A stretch of 10,120 nt of DNA from the NCBI GenBank assembly GCA_031372065.1, contig JANMKN010000216.1:1-10120 (forward strand), in the 5' to 3' direction. Positions 1 to 8,041 of the stretch are shown piece after piece; the first letter of the stretch is position 1; every line of letters begins with the position of its first letter. The position numbers and the translations under genes were made by a program. The stretch comes from Abditibacteriaceae bacterium (GTDB taxonomy: Bacteria; Armatimonadota; Abditibacteriia; Abditibacteriales; Abditibacteriaceae). A model generated the notes under the pieces. That model made no database searches and was not told the DNA's origin. It worked only from the letters and a program-made list of their open reading frames with translations.

Positions 1-884
1 TAACGTGACGAGCCGCGAAACAGCAGAAACGTAATAAAAATTAAAACGACAGCCAAGGCCCACGCGAGAGCGCAGGCGTAGCCCATCTTGAAAAACTGAA
101 AGGCGTTTTGAAACAAATACTGCGCGAAAAACAGCGTGCTATCGGCAGGGCCGCCGCCCGTCATGACCATCGGCTGCGCGAAAAACGACGACACGCCAAT
201 CACGCCCATGACCGATGCAAACAGCAAATGCGGACTCATAAACGGCAGCGTGACGTGCCGATAGGCCGCAAACGCGCCCGCGCCGTCCAAACGCGCTGCT
301 TCGTGCAATTCGATGGGCACATCTTGCAAGCCGGCCAAGAAAATCACCATCCAACCGCCCACGCCCCACGCGCTCATAATTGTGAGGGCAAATTTCGCCC
401 ACGCGGGGTCGGCCAACCAACCGGGGCCAGCAATGCCCACAGTCGCCAAAGCCGTGTTCAGCAAGCCGTATTGCGGGTTCAAAATCCACAGCCACAAAAC
501 CGCGCTCGCCACAGCCGGAACTACGCTGGGCAAGTAAAAAACCGTGCGAAAAAATGCCATGCCTTTGACTTGCTGATTGAGCAAAGTTGCCAGCAAAAAC
601 GCCGTCGTGATACCGACAGGAATGGACATCGCCGCGTAAATCACGGTGTTTTTTACAGCCACGCGCAATTGTTCATCTTGCGCCAGCACTTGATAATTGC
701 CGAGGCCAACCCATTCGGGAGGTTTCAGCACGCTGTAATTGCAAAACGAATAATACAGCGAGGCCAGCACCGGATAAACCGTGAAACCCAAGAGGCCAAT
801 AATGCCGGGCAAGCAAAACAACAATCCATCGCGCAAATGACTTTTTTCGAGGCGTGACAACGCCTTTCGGTTGGACGATTTCAT
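1..884 (-). CDS. Carbohydrate ABC transporter permease (CUT1, MalF/UgpA-like), 3' end truncated by the window edge
   Basis: Not in the ORF track; translated by hand from ATG at 884. Reads MKSSNRKALSRLEKSHLRDGLLFCLPGIIGLLGFTVYPVLASLYYSFCNYSVLKPPEWVGLGNY..., has the EAA loop AGLQDVPIELHEAARLDGA, and ends GGGPADSTLFFAQYLFQNAFQFFKMGYACALAWALAVVLIFITFLLFRGSSR at the edge. Lies downstream of a sugar-binding lipoprotein gene. Confidence 0.95.
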   Translation of the reverse strand, partial: MKSSNRKALSRLEKSHLRDGLLFCLPGIIGLLGFTVYPVLASLYYSFCNYSVLKPPEWVGLGNYQVLAQDEQLRVAVKNTVIYAAMSIPVGITTAFLLATLLNQQVKGMAFFRTVFYLPSVVPAVASAVLWLWILNPQYGLLNTALATVGIAGPGWLADPAWAKFALTIMSAWGVGGWMVIFLAGLQDVPIELHEAARLDGAGAFAAYRHVTLPFMSPHLLFASVMGVIGVSSFFAQPMVMTGGGPADSTLFFAQYLFQNAFQFFKMGYACALAWALAVVLIFITFLLFRGSSR

Positions 885-1060
885 CGCTTTTTTCTTGTAA
901 AAATGACAAACAAAATACCTAACACTACCCACAAAGCAGAACGAATTAACATTAAGCCGGAATTAGTAAAAACACTCGGCAGAAAAACCATTCCCCCTGC
1001 CCAAATGGCAAGCAAAAGACAAAAGCAAATCAACAATGTGCCTATATGCTTTGGTTTCAT
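881..1060 (-). CDS. Small hypothetical membrane protein, 59 aa, two predicted transmembrane helices
   Basis: Hand translation: MKPKHIGTLLICFCLLLAIWAGGMVFLPSVFTNSGLMLIRSALWVVLGILFVIFTRKKR*. Its ATG (1060-1058) overlaps the upstream TGA (1059-1057) and its TGA (883-881) overlaps the permease ATG (884-882), both as ATGA. It fills the gap exactly and has basic N- and C-termini. Confidence 0.8.
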   Translation of the reverse strand: MKPKHIGTLLICFCLLLAIWAGGMVFLPSVFTNSGLMLIRSALWVVLGILFVIFTRKKR

Positions 1061-2349
1061 TTCTTATTCAAAATCAAATCCAATTCGCGCTGCGTTTCTG
1101 CGGTGGCTTGATTCAACGATTCCTGCGGCGTTTGCTTGCCGTAAATGGCGCGGTCAACGGCGCGGTCTAATGCGCCCATGAAATAGGCTTGCACCGGCAT
1201 CACGGGGCGCTGATGTTTGGATTCTTCAAGAATTTGCACGAACATTTTCAGTTGCGGGTCTTTTTTCACTTTAGCAATCGCGGGCGAATGCCGAAAACCG
1301 GGCAAGACGCCCATTTCTTCGGACAAAGCCGAAGTGCCTTCGGGCGTGGCGCAAATCCAGTGAATGAAATCCCACCCTTCTTCGGGATGCCGACTGCCGC
1401 GCGGCAAACTCAGCAGCCAACCGCCGACCCACGACGAGCCAATTTCGCCATCAACCGCGCCGGGCAAAGGCGCGAGGCCATAATCCAAATCAGCGCCGTA
1501 TTTTTTCAAGTCGTTCAGCGTCGAAATATGCACGCACGCCATCGCTAATTTGCCGGTGATTAAAGGGTTATCCGCGCCCCAACCCGAAGTGGTGGCGTTG
1601 ATGCGCGTCACATCAAGGCGTTTGGCATAACTTGTCATCCATTCGAGCGCTTTGACGGTTTTGGCGTCGTTGGCCTTGATGGTTTGCGTGTTGTCGTCGT
1701 AAAAATTGCCGCCAAAGGCCCAGCCCCAGGTAAATGTGCTGTTGGCGCGGCCATATTGATTCCACGGAATAATGCCGATTTTTTCCAAACGCCTGTTTTT
1801 ATCAACTTCCAATTTTTTGGCGTAAGCATCCACTTCTTCCATCGTGCGCGGCGGCTTTTCGGGGTCAAGTCCGGCGCGACGGAACTCGGTTTTGTTCCAG
1901 CAAAACGCGAAATTCGGGTCGGCGCTAAACGTCAGCGCGAAAACTTTGTCGTCGTATAACGCTTGCTTCCAGCAGGGCGCGAAAAAATCATCGGCGCGCA
2001 CTTTGTCGCGTTCGATAAATTTGTTCAGCGGCTCCAGCGCGTTCCATTCGGCCCATTGCGCCACTTGTGTTCCGTCCACAAACGACACATCCGGCGGCTT
2101 GTTGGCGGCCACGGCGGTGAAGAATTTTTGATTGGTGCTTAAATCCGTCGGCGTGAAAACAAGGCGCACGCGCACCTTATTTTGCGCTTTGTGATAACGA
2201 TCCACGAGGCGCTGTAAGCCCGCCGCTTGATCTTTGCCCCACGGATGCCAAACCGTAATTTCGGGAGGCCCGCTTGCCGCATTTTCACGCGGCGCGCAGC
2301 CTGTTAATGTAAGAAGAATTCCAACGGCCAGCAGCTTTAATGCATTCAA
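1057..2349 (-). CDS. Sugar ABC transporter extracellular solute-binding lipoprotein (family 1)
   Basis: 430 aa. Lipoprotein signal MNALKLLAVGILLTLTG|C; family-typical segments ITVWHPW, AANKPPDV, FRRAGLDPEKPPRTMEE, SSWVGGW, EEGWDFIHW, GKQTPQESL. The TTG start overlaps the dacB stop (TTGA at 2349-2346). Confidence 0.93.
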   Translation of the reverse strand: MNALKLLAVGILLTLTGCAPRENAASGPPEITVWHPWGKDQAAGLQRLVDRYHKAQNKVRVRLVFTPTDLSTNQKFFTAVAANKPPDVSFVDGTQVAQWAEWNALEPLNKFIERDKVRADDFFAPCWKQALYDDKVFALTFSADPNFAFCWNKTEFRRAGLDPEKPPRTMEEVDAYAKKLEVDKNRRLEKIGIIPWNQYGRANSTFTWGWAFGGNFYDDNTQTIKANDAKTVKALEWMTSYAKRLDVTRINATTSGWGADNPLITGKLAMACVHISTLNDLKKYGADLDYGLAPLPGAVDGEIGSSWVGGWLLSLPRGSRHPEEGWDFIHWICATPEGTSALSEEMGVLPGFRHSPAIAKVKKDPQLKMFVQILEESKHQRPVMPVQAYFMGALDRAVDRAIYGKQTPQESLNQATAETQRELDLILNKK

Positions 2350-3992
2350 GGTCGTGTTCCGTTGTCCGGTGAAATAACAGCGCCCGCCAGCGTTTCAAAT
2401 ATTTGATCTTGCATCTTGCGCGCAGCGGTGCCATCGGCAAAATTGGTCAGAATGACGACGCTGAGACGCTGCTTATCTTTGGTGGTGACGTAGCCCGATA
2501 GACAACTGACAATCGAAAAAGTCCCGCTCTTGGCGCGCACATTATTTTCCGACGCGGTGCCTTTGCCCCGGTTTTTCATGGTGCCGTCCACACCCGCAAT
2601 CGGCAAAGCCTCGTAAAAATATTTTGCGCCCGGCACTTTTTCAACAGCCGACAGCACACCGGCAATCGCGCGCGGCGTTACCATGTCGTAGCGCGAGAGG
2701 CCCGAACCATCGGTGAAACTCAGCCCGCCTGTCGAGATATTGTTTTCTTGGAGCCAATCAAAAATCAGTTGATGCCCGCGCTTGGCGTAATTCAAATCTG
2801 TCGTGCGCTTTTCTTCGGGCAACGAATAAAGCGCCGCGTTACGCAGCATCATTTCGGCGTAGAGATTATCGGAATTTTTCAAAAGTCGCTTCAACAATTC
2901 GCCGACTGGCGGAGATTCATGGCGGATAATTTCGCGCGGCGCGCCAAAAACAAGGGGGTCAGGCTTGGCCTTCAAACGTAGTATTTTATCGGCTTTCGTT
3001 ACGCCGCTGCGTTGCAAACTGGCCGCAAAAGCGGCAGATGCCCAATCGTCCACAGCAGGCACCGCGATGCCAAAAGTTGCTTTTTGGCTTGGAGCAAGGG
3101 CACCGCTAATTGTAATTGAGGTGCCGTCGGGCAAAGGTTTTTCCAAGGTTTGCACGCTCAATAAGTCGTCGCCACTGAGCTTGGCTAAATCGGCAGTTCC
3201 CGTCTTCAGATCACCTGCCCCCACAAAATGCGGCGCATCTGTGGGCATCGAAAGTGTGGCTGCATCACCATTTTTCGCCCCTCCGGTGATAGTGACATCA
3301 ATTTGATTGCGTTCATAGGCCAGCGCGCTGACAAGCGGGCCATAATACCAAAGCGTGTCGTCCAAAGTCCAACCATCGGGAAAGCGATTGGCATAACCTT
3401 CAGCATGATAAAGTGTGCCCGAAGCACCAATATCCCCATATTTAATGACGCCACTTTTTTTGATTTTGTCAGCAATTTCATCCAAATCTTTGGTGCCCAG
3501 CGACATATCGCCGCCACCCTGCAACCATAATTTGCCCGCTGCGCCGCCGCGCACCGCCGGGCTAAAAAGCACTATGGTGGGAAACGTCTTTTCCGGCCCT
3601 AAAACTTTCAACGCCATCGCCGAAGTGAACAATTTCATGTTCGAGGCGGGCAAGAAGCGCTTGTCGGCGTCTTGAGCGAAAAGAATGGGCTGCGCTTTGT
3701 CGTCGTAAGGCACGGCAGGAAAATCTTGCGGCGTGCTGGCGGTGCCCAGTGCCGAAATCAAAACGCCGATGTGCCCGGCTTGCACTTCAGGTGCATTTAG
3801 CAAAGCGAGAATTTTCGATTGTGTTTCCGCTGGCAAAGCGCGTGGCGTGGGCGTGGCTGCTCCGGTTTTGAAACACAAAGGCACAAAGACACAAAGGAAG
3901 ACAAGGGGACGGAGCGAGGGGGAGACACGGAGAGTTTGCGATTCTTTTCGCGCGCTTCGTATTTTTCTGAAAATGTCAATCACGCATTCCAT
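2346..3992 (-). CDS. dacB: D-alanyl-D-alanine carboxypeptidase/endopeptidase (PBP4, peptidase S13)
   Basis: Motifs PASNMK (SxxK), KNSDNLYAE (SxN), DGSGLSR, LPIAGVDGT, AKSGT (K[T/S]G) and LSGYV. The ORF-track start at 4196 overlaps the divergent PIG-L gene, so ATG 3992 (548 aa) is preferred; GTG 3983 is an alternative. The exact start is uncertain. Confidence 0.92.
   Translation of the reverse strand: MECVIDIFRKIRSARKESQTLRVSPSLRPLVFLCVFVPLCFKTGAATPTPRALPAETQSKILALLNAPEVQAGHIGVLISALGTASTPQDFPAVPYDDKAQPILFAQDADKRFLPASNMKLFTSAMALKVLGPEKTFPTIVLFSPAVRGGAAGKLWLQGGGDMSLGTKDLDEIADKIKKSGVIKYGDIGASGTLYHAEGYANRFPDGWTLDDTLWYYGPLVSALAYERNQIDVTITGGAKNGDAATLSMPTDAPHFVGAGDLKTGTADLAKLSGDDLLSVQTLEKPLPDGTSITISGALAPSQKATFGIAVPAVDDWASAAFAASLQRSGVTKADKILRLKAKPDPLVFGAPREIIRHESPPVGELLKRLLKNSDNLYAEMMLRNAALYSLPEEKRTTDLNYAKRGHQLIFDWLQENNISTGGLSFTDGSGLSRYDMVTPRAIAGVLSAVEKVPGAKYFYEALPIAGVDGTMKNRGKGTASENNVRAKSGTFSIVSCLSGYVTTKDKQRLSVVILTNFADGTAARKMQDQIFETLAGAVISPDNGTRP
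3870..3934 (+). repeat. T-free purine-rich tract with three tandem 8-mers (RCACAAAG x3 at 3873-3896)
   Basis: acacaaag-gcacaaag-acacaaag followed by gaagacaaggggacggagcgagggggagacacggagag. No T on the + strand over 65 nt. Lies within the presumed 5' (signal-peptide) region of dacB. Confidence 0.7.
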
Positions 3993-4074
3993 TATCAACA
4001 AGCGTCGCGCGCTTTTCAATGCGCATTTCCACGGTGATGGTTTGTAGGTGCTGTAAACTGGCGGCAGAAAAGTT

Positions 4075-4887
4075 ATGAAACAACTACGAATTATTGCGTT
4101 TGGCGCGCATCCCGACGATTGCGACATTTGCGCGGGCGGCGCTGCGGCGTTGTGGTCTAAAGCCGGACACAACGTCAAATTTGTGTCGGTCACCAATGGC
4201 GACGCCGGGCATCAAACGCTGGCAGGCGCGGCCTTAGCAACGCGGCGCCGCGCCGAAACGCAAGCTGCCGCCCAAGTTTTGGGCATTGAATACGAAGTGC
4301 TGGATAATCACGATGGCGAACTCTTGCCGACCTTAGAAAATCGCCGCCAAATCATCAAATTAATCCGCGATTTTCAGCCGCATCTGGTGCTAAGTCATCG
4401 CCCCAACGATTACCATCCCGACCATCGCTACACCGCAACGCTGGTGCAAGATGCCGCTTATATGGTGACCGTCCCGAACATCGTAGCGGCGGCGGCGCAT
4501 TTAACGCGTAACCCGATTTTCTTGTATTTCAGCGACCATTTTCAAAAACCCTACCCTTTCGTGCCCGATGCCATGATTTCGATTGACGAAACAATTGAAA
4601 CCAAAATCGCCGCCCTTGCTTGTCACGAATCACAGTTTTTCGAGTGGCTGCCTTATAACGGCGGCTATTTACAAGAAATGCCCGCAGACGAAATAGAGCG
4701 GCACCAATGGTTTTCTACGCGCATGAAACAGCGTCTGGGCCGCGACGCAATTCGCTTCCGTGACAAGTTAGAGGAAATTTACGGCAGGGGACGCGCCGCT
4801 CAAATTCAGTTCGCCGAAGCCTTTGAATGGTGCGAATACGGCGCAGCGCTGAACGATGAAGTGCGAAGCCAATTGTTTGAATTTTGA
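4075..4887 (+). CDS. PIG-L/LmbE family metal-dependent N-acetyl-sugar deacetylase
   Basis: 270 aa with AHPDD and DYHPDH zinc-binding motifs, VTNGDAG, RRAETQAAAQVLG, IRDFQP, KIAALACHESQF and FAEAF. Confidence 0.93.
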   Translation: MKQLRIIAFGAHPDDCDICAGGAAALWSKAGHNVKFVSVTNGDAGHQTLAGAALATRRRAETQAAAQVLGIEYEVLDNHDGELLPTLENRRQIIKLIRDFQPHLVLSHRPNDYHPDHRYTATLVQDAAYMVTVPNIVAAAAHLTRNPIFLYFSDHFQKPYPFVPDAMISIDETIETKIAALACHESQFFEWLPYNGGYLQEMPADEIERHQWFSTRMKQRLGRDAIRFRDKLEEIYGRGRAAQIQFAEAFEWCEYGAALNDEVRSQLFEF

Positions 4888-4890
4888 ATT

Positions 4891-5490
4891 TCACAACTCC
4901 CACCAAACGCCGTTTGGTCCGGCGTTGATAATGACAGTTTGGCCGATTTTGGTTTGCTGTCCGGCGCAGGCATGAATGTGGCCGCAGACGACAAGGCGCG
5001 GCGTTTTTTGTTCGATGGTTTCGCGCACGGCAAGGCTGCCGAGGTTTTGGCCGCGCGAAGTAATGTCCAGCGCGCCGTGAGGCGGCGAATGTGAGATGAG
5101 AACAGCGTTTGGTCGGCAATCCTGCAAAAGTTTTTGCGCTTGTTCTTCGCTAAAATCGTAGCTCCAAGCGCCAAAGGGCGTGATGGGAACGCCGCCACCG
5201 ATGCCCCAAAATTCGATTTCTCCGAAGCGGACGCCTTCGCCATGCAAAACGCGGGCGTTAGTGTAGTTTTCACACGTATTACTTAATTCTTCGCGCGATT
5301 CGTTGTTGCCCGGCACTAAAAGAAACGGTTTATTAGTCGCCAGCAAAACCGGCAGGCAAATTTCCAAGCCGCGCCGCGCGTTGGCGAAATCTCCGGCGCC
5401 AATGAGCAAATCGGCGGCGCCTGCTTGCGCGGCCAATTTTTGCGCGGCTTCCGCATCGCAATGCAAATCGCTGAAAAGCAAGAGTTTCAT
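4891..5490 (-). CDS. Calcineurin-like metallophosphoesterase (Icc-related)
   Basis: 199 aa with motifs SDLH, AGDF, PGNNE, SHSPP, CGHIH and INAG. GAGG-like RBS about 3 nt upstream of the ATG. Confidence 0.9.
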   Translation of the reverse strand: MKLLLFSDLHCDAEAAQKLAAQAGAADLLIGAGDFANARRGLEICLPVLLATNKPFLLVPGNNESREELSNTCENYTNARVLHGEGVRFGEIEFWGIGGGVPITPFGAWSYDFSEEQAQKLLQDCRPNAVLISHSPPHGALDITSRGQNLGSLAVRETIEQKTPRLVVCGHIHACAGQQTKIGQTVIINAGPNGVWWEL

Positions 5491-5525
5491 AGCGAGGCAG
5501 TTTATAAATCGTTATTTACACACGC

Positions 5526-5564
5526 AAAAACGCCCCCGAAAAATTGAATTTTCGGGGGCGTTTT
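5526..5564 (-). terminator. Intrinsic terminator after the csbD-like gene, possibly bidirectional
   Basis: Perfect 16-bp inverted repeat aaaacgcccccgaaaa (5527-5542) / ttttcgggggcgtttt (5549-5564) with a 6-nt loop and A/T tracts on both sides, 18 nt past the csbD stop. Confidence 0.88.
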
Positions 5565-5582
5565 AAAATGTAACGGCGCGAA

Positions 5583-5801
5583 TTAGCTGCCTGCGTTGTG
5601 AACGGCTTTGCTGGCGGCGCTCAAAGCGTCTCCAACGGCATCTTTGGCTTTGCCCAGCGCCTGCTGGCCTTCGCCCTTCACTTCTTGCGCTTTGCCTTCG
5701 ACTTGCAGTTGTTCGTTGTCGGTGGCCGCGCCCACGGCTTGTTTCACATTGCCGGCGGCTTCGTTAGCCAAGCCACGCACTTTGTCTTCGGTTTGTCCCA
5801 T
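5583..5801 (-). CDS. csbD: CsbD family general stress response protein, 72 aa
   Basis: MGQTEDKVRGLANEAAGNVKQAVGAATDNEQLQVEGKAQEVKGEGQQALGKAKDAV... matches the CsbD/YjbJ pattern. RBS AAGGAGA (5817-5811) lies 9 nt before ATG 5801, so the longer ORF-track start is unlikely. Confidence 0.92.
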   Translation of the reverse strand: MGQTEDKVRGLANEAAGNVKQAVGAATDNEQLQVEGKAQEVKGEGQQALGKAKDAVGDALSAASKAVHNAGS

Positions 5802-5830
5802 GATCATTCGTCTCCTTGAGAAAACCGTTT

Positions 5831-5846
5831 CGCAAAGTGCGTGCCA
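5831..5846 (-). promoter_or_regulatory. Putative sigma-54 (RpoN) -24/-12 promoter of csbD
   Basis: Minus strand reads TGGCACGCACTTTGCG, i.e. TGGCAC-N5-TTGC with GG-N10-GC spacing. The predicted start site near 5820 is just upstream of the RBS. Confidence 0.72.
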
Positions 5847-6133
5847 TATTAACAGATTGCATCGGCGCACAATTCGGGGAGAAAAAGCGGCGAAATGGCT
5901 AATGGTTGGCAGGTAGAAAACAATAGTCTTGTTTCGCGTTATGCGAACAGGAACTTAACGTAGTTGCATTTTCCTTAAAGAAATGAGAGAATGCGAAATG
6001 AAAAACGGGAAAATCCTCTCGTTCAGCGCAATGTGCTTGCCCGCATCAGCGAATCGGCATTAAACAAACGCAAACAATCGCTTTTTACCTCAGAAATGCC
6101 CGCTGAAATGGAACACAGCAAACAGGAGTTACC

Positions 6134-6607
6134 ATGAAGACACATCACAGCCTACCGGTTTCGGCCCCATTATCCAAATCGAGGAGTCGGCGAGGCCAGA
6201 GCATCATTGAGTTTGCGTTGGTCGTGCCCGTTATTCTGGCGCTGTTGATTGGCATCTTGGAATCGGCTTATCTCGGCAAAAATTATTTAGCCATCGCCAA
6301 TGCCACACGCGAAGGCGCTCGCTCGGCATCACTGGGCAAAACCACCACAGACATCCGCACCCGCGTCAAGAATGCGGCGGCACCACTGACTGTGACGGAT
6401 GGCAACATCACCTTGCAGTATTCAACGGATAACGGAACAACCTACGCTTACACGATGGGCGACAGCGGCGCGCAAAACAACGCCACAAGTGGTAGCATGG
6501 TGCGCGTCAAAGTGAGTTTTACCCATCAATCGCTGACGCGTTTTTTCCCGTTTCTGAGCAACCGCACCGTTTCTGTAGCTGTTGCCATGCGCCGTGAAGC
6601 CACCTGA
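6134..6607 (+). CDS. tadE: TadE/TadG family pseudopilin (Tad/type IVc pilus minor pilin), copy 1
   Basis: 157 aa. Basic leader and prepilin cleavage site RRG|QSIIEFALVVP (E at +5), hydrophobic helix, then AxREGARxA. RBS CAGGAG at 6123-6128. Confidence 0.9.
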   Translation: MKTHHSLPVSAPLSKSRSRRGQSIIEFALVVPVILALLIGILESAYLGKNYLAIANATREGARSASLGKTTTDIRTRVKNAAAPLTVTDGNITLQYSTDNGTTYAYTMGDSGAQNNATSGSMVRVKVSFTHQSLTRFFPFLSNRTVSVAVAMRREAT

Positions 6608-6696
6608 TCTTGATTAGGAATTAAAAAATACATTTTGAATCATCTCAAATAGTTCTTGTGTTGCGGCATGACACACGATGAAAGTAGGAAAAGACG

Positions 6697-7809
6697 ATGA
6701 AACAATTGGTTTTTTCGAGCGCGAACAGAACGAATCGGCGAGCGGGCAAGAACACCCACCAAAGCCGTCGGGGCAGTATTTCGGTCATCATGGCTGCGGG
6801 CATTACATTCTTCTTGGGATGCGGTGCCTTAGCGGTGGATTATGGCCTATTGGTGGCCGATGCCAACCGTTTGCAACGAGCCTGCGACGCCGCTGCACTG
6901 GCGGGGGCCGCCAAACTCAAAGTCACTGGCGACGACACTTACGACACTTACCAAGCGCGACAGGAAGCAGTCATCGTAGGACGTCAAAATGGAGCGCCGT
7001 TTGAGGCAGGTGCCATCACGTTTGCCAACAATAACACGCAAATTAGTGTGCCGTCCAGCACAACGCGTGCGTTCTTCTTTGCCAGACTCTTGGGTAAAAG
7101 TAACGGGGCCATCACGCGTTCTTCCACAGCAGCGGTGGCACCCGGCGGCTCTTTAAAAACATCTGGCGCACGCATGAACGTGGCGCCCATCGGCATTAGC
7201 TGGGAAACCTACAATGCCTACAAAGATGACCGCCAGCATACGCAAGATTTGGAGTTGATTCGTCAGAACAAATCAACCTTCGGCCTTGATGACATTGTGC
7301 TGTTCGACTTGCGCACCGATCCGAGTTCAAAGAGCGGCGCCCATATGCAAAACCAACTCACTGGCGACGAAATCCGCGATGCGAGTTTGGGCGATTACGA
7401 TACCACGCTCAATGCGGCTCAACCGTCAGAGCAGAATCATTTTGCAAGCGGTTTGGACGACCTCTTTGACCAATCAAGCGTTGCGCCGTGGAACGACAAC
7501 AACCACACACACGATGGTCAACTTTATGATGAGATTTTGGCCGGCACCTCGCCGCGCGATAACCCGCGTGTGGTTTACCTGATTATCACGCCAGCTACTT
7601 TTAATGCCAGCAACGGCACTTACAACACGCAAATCCAAGGTTTCGCGCCGGTTTACATCGAAAGTTATTACCAGAGAACCATCTCAGGAGAGCGTATTAT
7701 GCGTATGCGAGTGCGCTTTCTGCCGCCGGCCAGTGGTTCGGATGATGGTGTCAGCCCTGCGCCCGGCAACACCTTTAGTGGTGTGCGTGTGGTAAGTTTG
7801 GTCGGATAA
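6697..7809 (+). CDS. TadG-like pseudopilin with N-terminal Tad domain and a large C-terminal domain, copy 1
   Basis: 370 aa. RRG|SISVIMA... followed by ALAVDYG and RLQRACDAAALAGA, the typical Tad N-terminal signature. No clear vWA MIDAS (DxSxS) motif seen. Confidence 0.85.
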   Translation: MKQLVFSSANRTNRRAGKNTHQSRRGSISVIMAAGITFFLGCGALAVDYGLLVADANRLQRACDAAALAGAAKLKVTGDDTYDTYQARQEAVIVGRQNGAPFEAGAITFANNNTQISVPSSTTRAFFFARLLGKSNGAITRSSTAAVAPGGSLKTSGARMNVAPIGISWETYNAYKDDRQHTQDLELIRQNKSTFGLDDIVLFDLRTDPSSKSGAHMQNQLTGDEIRDASLGDYDTTLNAAQPSEQNHFASGLDDLFDQSSVAPWNDNNHTHDGQLYDEILAGTSPRDNPRVVYLIITPATFNASNGTYNTQIQGFAPVYIESYYQRTISGERIMRMRVRFLPPASGSDDGVSPAPGNTFSGVRVVSLVG

Positions 7810-7836
7810 ATCGCTTTTTCGTAGCGATTTCGCTGG

Positions 7837-7872
7837 AAAGAACCGGAAGCATTAGCTTCCGGTTCTTTTTTT
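7837..7872 (+). terminator. Intrinsic terminator closing Tad module 1
   Basis: aaagaaccggaagc-atta-gcttccggttcttt followed by a T tract. A smaller hairpin aaatcgct/agcgattt lies just upstream at 7808-7830. Confidence 0.88.
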
Positions 7873-8041
7873 GGTCTTGTCAGTCGTGTAAAATGATTTA
7901 TTGCGTAATGAACGAGGGCAACAATTCTCGGCCTTCTCCTCGAATAGTCTGTCCTTCCCTCTAAATATGTCAACACGCCAACAATTTTATGGCGCGGCAA
8001 AGATGTTGTATCAGCATTCTCAAGTTCCATAGGAAACTTAC

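Noticed and set aside
108..857. 249-aa plus-strand ORF and other short ORFs in 108-1181
   Set aside because: Antisense or off-frame shadows of the ABC permease and the 59-aa membrane gene; no recognisable motifs.
3993..4196. N-terminal extension of dacB to 616 aa in the ORF track
   Set aside because: Overlaps the start of the well-supported PIG-L gene on the opposite strand and does not resemble DacB.
5802..5870. 23-aa N-terminal extension of CsbD
   Set aside because: The strong RBS at 5811-5817 and the promoter motif at 5831-5846 lie inside it, pointing to ATG 5801.
5847..6133. Possible c-di-GMP riboswitch or other ncRNA upstream of the tad genes
   Set aside because: No class I or class II c-di-GMP consensus recognised by eye, only short weak hairpins. 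An Rfam/Infernal search would be decisive.
7668..8030. 120-aa minus-strand ORF spanning the gap between modules, and the 159-aa minus-strand ORF at 8860-9339
   Set aside because: Both are antisense to tadG-like genes, the first runs through a terminator, and neither has protein-family features.
8022..8039. Small hairpin aagttcc-ata-ggaaactt covering the RBS of tadE copy 2
   Set aside because: Short, bulged and AT-rich with a 3-nt loop; too weak to claim a regulatory role from sequence alone.
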